A stretch of DNA of 27,852 bases. It comes from a bacterium. GTDB taxonomy: Bacteria > Zhuqueibacterota > Zhuqueibacteria > Oceanimicrobiales > Oceanimicrobiaceae. The stretch is taken from positions 1 through 27,852 of the forward strand of contig JBHHYI010000039.1 in NCBI GenBank assembly GCA_046757525.1. The letters run 5' to 3'. Positions 1-9,208 of this stretch are shown here, piece after piece. Both the position numbers and the translations under genes were made by a program. Within the stretch, counting starts at the first letter, position 1; the number at the start of each line of letters is the position of its first letter. The notes under the pieces are model-generated. The model searched no databases. It had not been told where the DNA came from and saw only the letters and a list, made by a program, of their open reading frames with translations.

Positions 1-379
1 ATTATTTCAAAATGCATTGACTGGTGTAATTTCAGACTTATCTGTAAGAAACAAGCTACTATTTTGCCGCCGTTGACAAATGCTGGTTGTGAGATTACAA
101 CGAGAAATTTTTGGCAATTCCTACCTTTCGGAAGAACAGTCAAAACTATAGGCTGTTGAGTGACTACTTGCATGTTGAGCTATCTGAAGATGAACAAACT
201 TTTTCGAATGTTTAAATATAACACAAAATTTGATTTGATGCAATTCAAAGATTATGCTGCGAAGAAGTACCCCGCAACGTGCTGGCTAACATTGTTTTAT
301 CTAACCGGTCGACCAGAACCCAAGCAGGAGCACCGACACCGAAAGGGGAAGTCAGAAAAAGACGGAACGGAGTTGCAGG

Positions 380-697
380 CTAAGTAAGACTAGCGGTTTT
401 CAGACTGCCGCCGATGGCATATTCGACTTCGAGTGCGTTGCCTTTTAAGCGGCCGGAGAGGTTTTTGCGGTCGTCGATTACGATGTTGGTGACCACCCGG
501 TCCGCAAAATTCTTGATTTCGTCGTGACATTTTTTAACCAGGGCCAGAACCTCATCCCACTCCCCTTCGAGAATCGTGCCCATGGAAGTAAACTGATAAT
601 CGACGCCGCTGGCATCGATTATTTTAAGGGCCTTGGCGAGCAACTCCTTGGTTTCTTCACCGGTACCCACGGGCGTAATGCTGATTTGTGCTAACAT
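380..697 (-). CDS. MTH1187/YkoF-like thiamine-binding protein (UPF0045 family)
   Basis: 105-aa ORF matching the family pattern: 'AQISITPVG', 'SGVDYQFTSMGTILEGEWDEVLALVKKCH', 'RVVTNIVIDDR'. Confidence 0.85.
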   Translation of the reverse strand: MLAQISITPVGTGEETKELLAKALKIIDASGVDYQFTSMGTILEGEWDEVLALVKKCHDEIKNFADRVVTNIVIDDRKNLSGRLKGNALEVEYAIGGSLKTASLT

Positions 698-757
698 TTT
701 GTCCTATCGTTTTTTGGGTTGTATTTGTTAAGCTGAGCAACTACCACAATGATTGCC

Positions 758-785
758 AATATATTAAATTTAGGGTAAATGTCAA
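758..785 (-). promoter_or_regulatory. Sigma70-type promoter for the MTH1187-family gene (TTGACA-16-TATATT)
   Basis: Minus-strand TTGACA at 785-780 and TATATT at 763-758, about 60 nt upstream of the start at 697. Confidence 0.6.
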
Positions 786-818
786 GTTTTAAAATTGCGG
801 AAAAGGTCAAATAATGTG

Positions 819-847
819 TTGACATTTCTCAGGTGAATTAATATATT
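819..847 (+). promoter_or_regulatory. Sigma70-type promoter for the CPBP-Nudix-mltG-pcrA-TPR operon (TTGACA-17-TATATT)
   Basis: Perfect -35 TTGACA at 819-824, 17-nt spacer, TATATT at 842-847. Confidence 0.7.
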
Positions 848-939
848 GAGTCTGCTTTTGTTAAGAATTCGACGCATTCTCGATTTGATAGGTGCTCGGT
901 ATTTGTCTCTGATTTATATGGACTTAGATTAGCGACTGT

Positions 940-1647
940 GTGAGAAAAATTTTCCGAAATGAGTACTGGTCGTTGACACGACAGCCCATCGTCGGATTCC
1001 TATTTGTGACGCCTTTGTGGCTGGTGTATGAGCTTTCGGCTTGGGCCATCAATCACGGTTGGAGCGGGCATTTGCGCACCGGGATGGATTTGTTGCTCAG
1101 GATTGGCCTCAGCAAGTTGGGCATTTCCCCGGCGGTTGTTTTTGTTGTACCCCTTTTGGCGTTATCGGTTTACTTTTTTGTCAAACGGCGCCCCCTTAAG
1201 CTTAGAGCGGTTTATTTTGCTTACATGTTTGTGGAGAGCCTGTTTTACGCGCTTGTGTTTGGTATTGTCATCGGGAACATTACACAGGTATTCATAAGCC
1301 CGAACACAGCCAACATCGATCAGCAACGACTGGCGGTGGTCGTTTTGCATTTAGGGGCCGGCGTCTACGAAGAGTTTCTGTTCAGGTTTTTGTTGATTTC
1401 CGGAGCCGTGCTTATTCTGTCGAGATTTGTTAAGAGCAATATGGCATGGTCAATCGCTGTTTTAGCCAGTTCTCTTGCATTTGCGTTATTTCATTATTTA
1501 GCGGTTTTTGGGGAAGCGCTTACTTTAGACGGCTTTTTGTTCCGGTTTGTTGCTGGTCTGGCATTGTCCGGAATATTCCTCCTGCGAGGTTTGGGAATTG
1601 CGGCGTATACCCATGCTTTGTACAATCTTCTATTGATGTTTCGTTAA
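940..1647 (+). CDS. CPBP (CAAX protease/Abi) family intramembrane glutamic endopeptidase
   Basis: Multiple hydrophobic segments with the CPBP motifs 'EEFLFR' (EExxxR), 'FALFH' (FxxxH) and 'HALYN' (HxxxN). GTG start. Confidence 0.85.
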   Translation: MRKIFRNEYWSLTRQPIVGFLFVTPLWLVYELSAWAINHGWSGHLRTGMDLLLRIGLSKLGISPAVVFVVPLLALSVYFFVKRRPLKLRAVYFAYMFVESLFYALVFGIVIGNITQVFISPNTANIDQQRLAVVVLHLGAGVYEEFLFRFLLISGAVLILSRFVKSNMAWSIAVLASSLAFALFHYLAVFGEALTLDGFLFRFVAGLALSGIFLLRGLGIAAYTHALYNLLLMFR

Positions 1648-1659
1648 GTGAAGTCTTTT

Positions 1660-2136
1660 ATGCCGCATAAAGCTTTAGAAAAATGTCCACATTGTGGCAA
1701 GGCGATCCAAAAACACACGAACCCCTTGCTCACCGTGGACATCATCATCGAAGTGGCGGGCGTGCAAGACGACGCAGGCATCGTCTTGATCGAACGCAAG
1801 AACTATCCGTTTGGTTGGGCGGTTCCAGGTGGATTTGTGGATTACGGTGAGGAAGTGGAATCGGCTGCGGTGCGCGAGGCGAAGGAAGAAACGGATTTGC
1901 AGGTAAGCTTGAAGACTCTGCTGGGGGTTTACTCCGATCCCAAAAGGGATCCCAGGGGCCACACGGTTAGTATTGTGTATGTGGCCGAGGGCCATGGCAA
2001 GCCCGCTGCCAAAGATGATGCGGCGCATTTGGGTGTTTTCAAGCAAAACGAGATTCCCGAGACCATGGCCTTCGATCATCGCGAAATTCTCGAAGACTAT
2101 TTTCGTTACAAATTGAGAGAGAAGAATCATCCTTAA
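1660..2136 (+). CDS. Nudix hydrolase (ADP-ribose pyrophosphatase-like)
   Basis: Nudix box '[24 protein letters not shown]', 'RDPRGH', 'AFDH' and an N-terminal CPHC. ATG at 1660 preferred over GTG at 1648. Confidence 0.9.
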   Translation: MPHKALEKCPHCGKAIQKHTNPLLTVDIIIEVAGVQDDAGIVLIERKNYPFGWAVPGGFVDYGEEVESAAVREAKEETDLQVSLKTLLGVYSDPKRDPRGHTVSIVYVAEGHGKPAAKDDAAHLGVFKQNEIPETMAFDHREILEDYFRYKLREKNHP

Positions 2137-2158
2137 GTCGAAGGCAATACGTTTCCTG

Positions 2159-3199
2159 GTGCTGTTTCTCGGTGGGATTGTTTTTTTAGGTGGTGCGACT
2201 CTATTTTGGATACTATTTTCTCCCGTTACAACCGGATCTGAACAAGGCTCGTTTGAGCTGAAAATTCCTGCTGGTACCTCCTATAATGGGGTGGTCGATC
2301 AAATGCTGCAAGGTGGCCTCATCCGATCGAGATACAAGATAGGCAAGGCTGCTCAGATTTTGAGGGCTCGGTCTAAAATCAAAGCAGGGAAATACCTGAT
2401 TCCCGCCAAGATTTCGAGCTACCGATTGTTACACATGCTGGTGGAGGGCAAGGTCGTGCCGGAACGAGTCACCATTCCCGAGGGACTAAACTCCAGACAA
2501 ATAGCCGCGATTGTGCAAAGGCAACTGGCCATCGATTCCACCGAATTTGTGCAGTTGGTCAGCGACAGTGGTTTGGCCCGCGAATTGGGCATCCAGGCGC
2601 CCACGCTGGAAGGTTTTTTGTTTCCGGACACTTACCGATTCAACTGGGGCGTCGACGCTCGCACGGTCATAACCATATTGGTTAACCAATTCAAGAGCCA
2701 TTTTGACCAGGCGCTGCAAAGGCGGGCGTCTCAACTTGGCATGTCTTTGTTGGAGACCGTGACCCTGGCCTCGATCATCGAGGGCGAGGCGGTGGTGGAC
2801 AGCGAGCGGGTGGTGATTTCGGCGGTGTACCACAATCGTTTGAAACAGGGCATGCGGCTGCAAGCTGACCCCACGATTCAGTACATCATTAAGGATGGCC
2901 CGAGAAGACTGTTGAGTCGTGATTTAAAGATCGACTCGCCCTATAACACGTACAAGTACACCGGACTACCGCCTGGCCCCATCAACAATCCGGGGCTGGC
3001 TTCAATCAAGGCGAGCCTGTTTCCGGCCAGGGTTGATTATCTGTATTTCGTTGCCAATGGGGATGGCTCGCACACCTTTAGCGCCACTTTTGCGGCACAT
3101 TTGCGTGCCAAGGCACGATTCGACAAAATCAGGAGAGCAGTAAAGAAAAGGAGAAAAGAGGGGTTGAATGCCGGGGAAAAGCAGAGCAAGTTCGAATGA
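2159..3199 (+). CDS. mltG: Endolytic peptidoglycan transglycosylase MltG
   Basis: N-terminal membrane anchor; 'TIPEG', 'LEGFLFPDTY', 'ASIIEGE' (catalytic Glu), 'LQADPT', 'SPYNTY', 'GLPPGPI', 'YLYFVA'. Confidence 0.93.
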   Translation: MLFLGGIVFLGGATLFWILFSPVTTGSEQGSFELKIPAGTSYNGVVDQMLQGGLIRSRYKIGKAAQILRARSKIKAGKYLIPAKISSYRLLHMLVEGKVVPERVTIPEGLNSRQIAAIVQRQLAIDSTEFVQLVSDSGLARELGIQAPTLEGFLFPDTYRFNWGVDARTVITILVNQFKSHFDQALQRRASQLGMSLLETVTLASIIEGEAVVDSERVVISAVYHNRLKQGMRLQADPTIQYIIKDGPRRLLSRDLKIDSPYNTYKYTGLPPGPINNPGLASIKASLFPARVDYLYFVANGDGSHTFSATFAAHLRAKARFDKIRRAVKKRRKEGLNAGEKQSKFE

Positions 3200-5378
3200 T
3201 CATTTGTTGGGATCGCTGAACGAGAGCCAAAAACAGGCCGTGCTGTGTTCCGAAGGGCCGGTTTTGGTGCTTGCAGGCGCTGGCAGTGGCAAGACGCGCG
3301 TGCTGACGCACCGGATCGCTTACCTCATCGGGCATCTGAAGGTCAAGCCCTGGAACATTCTCGCCATGACTTTCACCAACAAAGCTGCGGGTGAAATGAA
3401 GGAGAGGCTCCTGAAGCTGACCAGAGGGCAGGGCCAGGAATCGTGGATTGGGACCTTTCATTCGGTTTGTGCCAGGATACTCAGGGTTGAAGCTGAGAAG
3501 CTCGGCTTCGGCAGGAACTTTCTCATCTTTGACCGCGAAGATCAACTGCGGTTTCTGAAATCTGTGATGTACGATTTGAACATTTCTTCCAAACAATATG
3601 CCCCGGAAGCGGTTCGTGCCCGCATTGGTGGCGCCAAAAACGTCTTCATGAGTGCGGATGAATTTGCCAGGAGTGCGCAAAACCCTTTTGACGAAGTCGT
3701 CGCCCGGGTCTATGACCGCTACCAGACCCAGATGCGGGAAAACAATAGCATGGATTTTGACGATCTTTTAGTCAATCCGCTTCATTTGTTCAGGGAATTT
3801 CCTGCGGTTCTCAACAACTACCAGAATCGCTTCAAGTACATTCTGGTGGATGAGTACCAGGACACCAATCGTACCCAATATTTACTGTTGCACCTGCTTG
3901 CCTCAAAGCACCGCAATCTGTGCGTGGTCGGCGATGACGACCAGTCGATTTATCGCTGGCGGGGTGCCGATATTCGCAACATTCTTGACTTCGAGCACGA
4001 CTACCCTGAATGCAAGGTTTTTTGCTTAGATCAGAACTATCGTTCTACCAAACACATTCTGCAAGCCGCCCATTCGGTCGTACAAAATAACGCTCAGCGT
4101 CGTGCGAAAAAGCTTTGGACTGACAAAGGATTAGGGGAGAAGGTTGTATTGCTGGAAGTGGGAAATGGCTTTGTCGAAGCCAAAGTCGTGGCTGAGTTTG
4201 TGCAGGAGGAACTCTCTAAGCACGGCAGAAACTTTTCCGACTTTGCCGTTCTGTATCGCACCAACGTGCAGTCGCGTCTGGTGGAAGACGCCTTGCGCAC
4301 CGCGGGCATTCCGTACGTGATCGTTGGCGGCATTCGCTTCTACGAAAGAAAGGAAATCAAGGATGTTTTGGCTTATCTCCGGCTGATTTGCAACCCCAAA
4401 GACTCGATAAGCTGTAAGAGAATCATCAATGTTCCCTTACGGGGTATTGGTGAAGGCTCGGTCACGAAGCTGGAGGATTTTGCTCGGCAGCAAGGGATTG
4501 CCTTTTTTGAAGCCACGGCCCGAGTCGAGGAAGTGCCAACCATTGCGGCGCGCATTCGCAGCCAGATCGCCAGCTTTCATGATCTGATTGAGAAGTATGC
4601 TTCTCTAAAGAACGAGTTTTCGCCGGGTGAGTTGGCCCGGGGCCTGGTCGACGAAATTGGAATCCTGAAATCGTTAAAAGAAATTGGCACCGAGGAATCG
4701 TACGCCCGCATGGAAAACGTCCGCGAGCTGTTGTCTGCCATCGACAACTATTCGCGTGGTAAACAGAACAACGCCCTGGTCGAGTTTCTCGAAGAGGTAG
4801 CGCTCATTACCGACATAGATACCTGGGATGACAAGAGCAATGCGGTCACGCTCATGACCCTGCACAGCGCCAAGGGACTCGAATTTCCCGTGGTGTTCAT
4901 CACCGGTTTGGAGGAAGGGCTGTTCCCTTTGTCAAGAACTTTCGCCGATGACGCGGAGTTAGAAGAGGAAAGACGATTGTTCTACGTCGGGTGCACCAGG
5001 GCGAAAGAGAAGCTTTACTTATCCTGGGCCTCGCGGCGCAGCCGGTTTGGCGAAAGCCGTTATTGTACACCTTCGAGATTTCTCGATGAAATTGAGGAAG
5101 ACATTATCGAACGCAAGATTGTCAAAAAGAGTTTTCAGCAAGGGTACCGAGAGGCAGCCTATGCAACCGAAGTGCAGGCTGCGCCAGATTACGAAGACTA
5201 CTCGCAAGAGGTGCCCCGGTTGGCCGTCGGGAGTCAGATTCGACACCCCAAATTTGGCCACGGTTGTGTAGTCGCCATGCAAGGCCGAGGCGAAAACTTA
5301 AAGCTTACGGTGAAATTTGAGACCGCAGGAACAAAAAGATTGGTTGCCAAATATGCAAATCTGGAAATTCTTTCTTAA
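3168..5378 (+). CDS. pcrA: ATP-dependent DNA helicase PcrA/UvrD (SF1)
   Basis: Walker A 'AGAGSGKT', 'TFTNKAA', 'DEYQD', 'VGDDDQSIYRWRGA', 'QNYRS', 'TLHSAKGLEF', 'EEERRLFYV', and a C-terminal Tudor-like 'HPKFGHG' domain. Confidence 0.95.
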   Translation: MPGKSRASSNDHLLGSLNESQKQAVLCSEGPVLVLAGAGSGKTRVLTHRIAYLIGHLKVKPWNILAMTFTNKAAGEMKERLLKLTRGQGQESWIGTFHSVCARILRVEAEKLGFGRNFLIFDREDQLRFLKSVMYDLNISSKQYAPEAVRARIGGAKNVFMSADEFARSAQNPFDEVVARVYDRYQTQMRENNSMDFDDLLVNPLHLFREFPAVLNNYQNRFKYILVDEYQDTNRTQYLLLHLLASKHRNLCVVGDDDQSIYRWRGADIRNILDFEHDYPECKVFCLDQNYRSTKHILQAAHSVVQNNAQRRAKKLWTDKGLGEKVVLLEVGNGFVEAKVVAEFVQEELSKHGRNFSDFAVLYRTNVQSRLVEDALRTAGIPYVIVGGIRFYERKEIKDVLAYLRLICNPKDSISCKRIINVPLRGIGEGSVTKLEDFARQQGIAFFEATARVEEVPTIAARIRSQIASFHDLIEKYASLKNEFSPGELARGLVDEIGILKSLKEIGTEESYARMENVRELLSAIDNYSRGKQNNALVEFLEEVALITDIDTWDDKSNAVTLMTLHSAKGLEFPVVFITGLEEGLFPLSRTFADDAELEEERRLFYVGCTRAKEKLYLSWASRRSRFGESRYCTPSRFLDEIEEDIIERKIVKKSFQQGYREAAYATEVQAAPDYEDYSQEVPRLAVGSQIRHPKFGHGCVVAMQGRGENLKLTVKFETAGTKRLVAKYANLEILS

Positions 5379-8300
5379 GAAACACAAGCCATCCCGCCAA
5401 TTCTCCACAGAAAAAAACGTTCAGCGCGCATGGATTGCACGGCTGGTTTGGGGATTGTGCATTTTTGCTTTGCTAAGCCCACAAATTTCCCGGGCCCAGG
5501 ATTCCGTGGCAGACAAAGAGTTTGTCTTTGCACAAAAGCTGCAAGAAGATGGTTTGTTTTTGTTAGCAGCCAGGCAATTCGAGCTGTTCTACAAAAAATA
5601 TCCGGACCACGAGAAGGCCGACCAGGCGCTGTTTTTGAGCGGCCAGGCTTTTTTTGACGAGTCCAGATTCGAGCTCGCCTTCGAAAAATTCAAGGAGTTG
5701 GAGATTGTTTTTCCCCGGTCGAGTCTTGTCGTTGAAGCCCGATTTAAACTGGCAGAGTGCCAGGCCGCGCAGCGCAACTACTTGGCCGCGGCTGAGCTGT
5801 ACAAACGCCTGGCGATTTTTCATCCGGGGGACGAGACAGCCCCCAGGGCCCTGCTGCTGGCGGGAAAAGCTTACACCCAGGCCAGCAGCGACAGTTTGGC
5901 CAGGGTGGTTTATTCGGAATTGATTAGAAACTACCCGGACACGCCTGAAAGGTTGGAGGCGGAACTTGCCGTGGTCGACCTTTTGTTCAAAAAAAAGGCG
6001 TACCAGGAGGCGCTGCTGCAAATCGACAACCTGCTGCGTTCCCTCAACCCGGAAACCAAGGACCCACGCATCTATTTACTGCTGGGCAAGCTGCACGAAA
6101 AAATGGGGCAGTTGCAGCAGGCGGAGTCCAGCTATTTGCAACTGCTACAGGCATTTCCCGCAAATGAAGCGGCCCAGTCGGCGCACTACCGTTTAGGGCT
6201 GCTTTACCAGAAACGCAGGTTGTTCCACGAGGCGCTCAGTCAGTTCGATGCCTGTTTGAATGTGCAAGGGCAAACGCAGTTGGTGGCTGAAGTTTATTTA
6301 AAGAAAGGAGACATTTACTATTCGCAACAGCAATTCAGGCAGGCATTGGAGAGTTACCAGACGGTGCTCAGGAATTCGCAAAGTGACTTGCAACTGGAGG
6401 CCAGGTTCAAAGCAGCTCAGGCTCACCAAAAGCTGAATGAAAATCAGGAGGCTGAGAAACTGTTAGGCAAAATAATTGCTGAAGACACTCAGGCGGCTTC
6501 CAGTGCTGACCGGTCAGTCCGATTTGTCAAAAGGGCCTACCCAGAACTGACTCGGGTCAAAATCCGGCTCAACAAATTTCAAGAGGCCCTGGCGTTGATT
6601 CGGCAATTCAAAACCCGGTTCCCTGTAAGCGGACAACTGTTCGAGTTAGAATATCTGCGCGGCGAAATATTCGAGAAACATCTGCACGATTTTTCAAGAG
6701 CCATTCGCGTGTACGACGACTTCTTGCAAGACCATCCCTTCTGTCCTCTGGCGGATGAAGCGCAATTGGCTCTGGCCCGCTCTTATGAGAAAATGGGCAA
6801 TTATGCCCTCGCAGCCAGTGCCTATGAGGATTACTTGCAACGTTATCCAGCGGGGGATGACTACGAATGGGTCAGGAACCGCACAAGGCTTTTGTCGGAG
6901 ACGGTCAATTTCAATTTGGAAGAGGGCATGAAAGAGGTCTCCAACGTATTGGCTGCCTTGACCCGTAAAGAAAATGGCCGCGACCCTGAATACGAATTGG
7001 GCAGGCTGTATTTGGATTTGAAGCAGTTTAACCGCGCTGTGCAACAATTTAAGAACGTTTTGAGAAGTGCAATCGATGGTAAGATGCGAAATGAAGTGTT
7101 CGTGCAGTTGGGCTTTGCTTACTACAAATTGGCTGAAAAAGCCAGACTGGAGGAACAACACGAGGCAGCCAAAGCCTATCGTGACAGCGCTCGAGTTAGT
7201 CTCAAATATGCTCAGGAAAAAACTCTTAGTGGGGAACGGTCTGAAGAAGCGGACTTCCTCCTGGCCAAGATGGACTTAGCAGCCCAGGCCACGCCCGAAG
7301 CTCGGCGGGCAAGACTCGATGAATATTACGACAATTGGGTCACTCGATATCCCCAGGGTAGGCATTTGGATTTCTTCTTGATTCGGAGGGCTGACGACCT
7401 ATTGACGGCGCACACCGAAAGGGACACGGTCGGCCTGACCGAGGGGCTTGCACTGGCAAGAAAGCTCTTGGAACAGTTTCCGCAGAGCCTCTATGCGGAA
7501 GAGGCGCAGTACAAGGAAATCGTAGCGCTGCACGCCTTGAAAAGCGATTCACTGTTGCAGCCAGCAATGGATTCGTTTCTGCACCAGCATCCCGACAGTC
7601 GATTTCTTCCGGCGGTGCTTTTTCTAAGCGCCAGGAACCTGCGCCAACGGGGCAATTTTCGAGCAGCCCTGGAGAAATTGCAGGAGGTGAAGAAACGCTA
7701 CTTTTATGCGGCCGTGGCAACCAGAGCACAATTTGAGATGGCTGAGATCTATTTTGAGATGGGGGATTACCAGAAATCTCTGGAAATGTACGGCGAGGCG
7801 CTTTCGCTCTGGAGCGAATTTCACGGCTCCCCAGACGATCGTTTCTCGGCAAACCTACGGTTCAGACAGGCACAGGCTTTCGAAAAGCTGGGTCAAGATT
7901 CAAATGCCCTGGCACAGTATTTGGAATTCATTCAGCGCAGCCCGGCCGATGAGCGCGTGCCACGGGCAATGCTGGCGATTGCGAGCATTGCAAAGAAGTT
8001 GAACAATTTTGACGTTTCAAAAGAATACTACCAAGACATTCTTAGAAACTTCCCCAATTCCCAACTGCATTTTCAGGCGCTGGTCGCCTTGGGGGACATT
8101 TTTTTTGACAAGGAGAATTTTGGGGAGGCGCGTGCCAGCTATTTAGAAGCCGTGACCTCTGCAACGGAACCAGCCCAAAAGCGCTATCCGGCAAGTCAAG
8201 CCATCCGATGTCTCTACAAGCAAAACAAAATCAAAGCCGCCGATCTCGAGGCCAAGAAGTTTAGAAAATCTTTTGGAGATTCCGGTCCCGAAAGAGGCCA

Positions 8301-9153
8301 ATTCTTGCTGGACAAAGGGCAGAGCTACATTGCGCAAAAAAGATTTGTACCGGCTGAGAAGGTCTTCAAAAAGCTCAGGGCTGGCTTCAAAGGGACCGAG
8401 TTGGGTGCGCAGGGAGAATTGGGCCTGGGGCAGGTCTACATGATTACCAATCACATCGACGATGCGCTAAAGATTCTCACCACGATTCCGTCAAAGTATC
8501 CTGAGAGTACGGTCACACCGTTAGCGTACCTCAATTTGGGCGATTTTTATTTTAGCAACCAACAGGTAGAAAACGCCATTTTTGCGTTTAAGCAAGTGGT
8601 GAATCATGCGAAGGCCGGCGAGAACTATCAGAAGGCTTTGCGCTATCTCATAAAATGCTATGACCAGACGCGGTTGTGGGACCAGGCAATCGCCACAACC
8701 CGCGCCTACCTGGAGAAATTTCCCAGGGCCACCGATGCCTTCAGCTTGAAAATCCGTGTTGGTGAGTTCTTGATGAAGTTGAAGGAGTATGATCGTGCCA
8801 TCGACCAATTCCAGGCACTGCTGCCTTACGCTGATGCCGAGTCGGAAGCGGAGGTGCAATACTACATTGGGCGCAGCTATCGTGAAAAGGGAGAATTCGC
8901 GCGTGCAACCTCTGAATACCTGAAGGTCAAGTATCTCACCAAACCCACTAAGTTGCCCTGGCACGTAACGGCGCAATACGAAGCGGGCTTATGTCTCAAG
9001 CGTCTGGGCAAAACAGAGCAGGCAAAAAAGATTCTGAAACGAATCGTCCAAGAACAAGGAAAGGAAAGCAATTTTGGCCGATTTGCCCTGCAAAAACTCG
9101 AGGAAATGGAGGCTGCGCAGGAAACGGTAGCGAAGAAAAACGGCTCTTACTGA
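5353..9153 (+). CDS. Large exported tetratricopeptide-repeat protein (BamD/CpoB-like TPR pairs)
   Basis: About 1270 aa. Signal-peptide-like segment 'ARLVWGLCIFALLSPQISRA-QD' and many TPR units ending in '..YP.S...EA' turns. Start uncertain (TTG 5317, ATG 5353 or later). Confidence 0.85.
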   Translation: MQIWKFFLKKHKPSRQFSTEKNVQRAWIARLVWGLCIFALLSPQISRAQDSVADKEFVFAQKLQEDGLFLLAARQFELFYKKYPDHEKADQALFLSGQAFFDESRFELAFEKFKELEIVFPRSSLVVEARFKLAECQAAQRNYLAAAELYKRLAIFHPGDETAPRALLLAGKAYTQASSDSLARVVYSELIRNYPDTPERLEAELAVVDLLFKKKAYQEALLQIDNLLRSLNPETKDPRIYLLLGKLHEKMGQLQQAESSYLQLLQAFPANEAAQSAHYRLGLLYQKRRLFHEALSQFDACLNVQGQTQLVAEVYLKKGDIYYSQQQFRQALESYQTVLRNSQSDLQLEARFKAAQAHQKLNENQEAEKLLGKIIAEDTQAASSADRSVRFVKRAYPELTRVKIRLNKFQEALALIRQFKTRFPVSGQLFELEYLRGEIFEKHLHDFSRAIRVYDDFLQDHPFCPLADEAQLALARSYEKMGNYALAASAYEDYLQRYPAGDDYEWVRNRTRLLSETVNFNLEEGMKEVSNVLAALTRKENGRDPEYELGRLYLDLKQFNRAVQQFKNVLRSAIDGKMRNEVFVQLGFAYYKLAEKARLEEQHEAAKAYRDSARVSLKYAQEKTLSGERSEEADFLLAKMDLAAQATPEARRARLDEYYDNWVTRYPQGRHLDFFLIRRADDLLTAHTERDTVGLTEGLALARKLLEQFPQSLYAEEAQYKEIVALHALKSDSLLQPAMDSFLHQHPDSRFLPAVLFLSARNLRQRGNFRAALEKLQEVKKRYFYAAVATRAQFEMAEIYFEMGDYQKSLEMYGEALSLWSEFHGSPDDRFSANLRFRQAQAFEKLGQDSNALAQYLEFIQRSPADERVPRAMLAIASIAKKLNNFDVSKEYYQDILRNFPNSQLHFQALVALGDIFFDKENFGEARASYLEAVTSATEPAQKRYPASQAIRCLYKQNKIKAADLEAKKFRKSFGDSGPERGQFLLDKGQSYIAQKRFVPAEKVFKKLRAGFKGTELGAQGELGLGQVYMITNHIDDALKILTTIPSKYPESTVTPLAYLNLGDFYFSNQQVENAIFAFKQVVNHAKAGENYQKALRYLIKCYDQTRLWDQAIATTRAYLEKFPRATDAFSLKIRVGEFLMKLKEYDRAIDQFQALLPYADAESEAEVQYYIGRSYREKGEFARATSEYLKVKYLTKPTKLPWHVTAQYEAGLCLKRLGKTEQAKKILKRIVQEQGKESNFGRFALQKLEEMEAAQETVAKKNGSY

Positions 9154-9208
9154 CTTCCTGTCTAAAATAAGAATTGCTAAGAAATGTACTCAGTGTCGAC
9201 GACAGGCC

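Noticed and set aside
160..387. 75-aa plus-strand ORF
   Set aside because: AT-rich, with no RBS or recognisable motif, and it overlaps the end of the convergent MTH1187-family gene; probably spurious.
3168..5378. UvrD helicase as part of an anti-phage defence system
   Set aside because: It is a canonical full-length PcrA/UvrD with a C-terminal Tudor-like domain in a housekeeping context, with no nuclease or ATPase partner.
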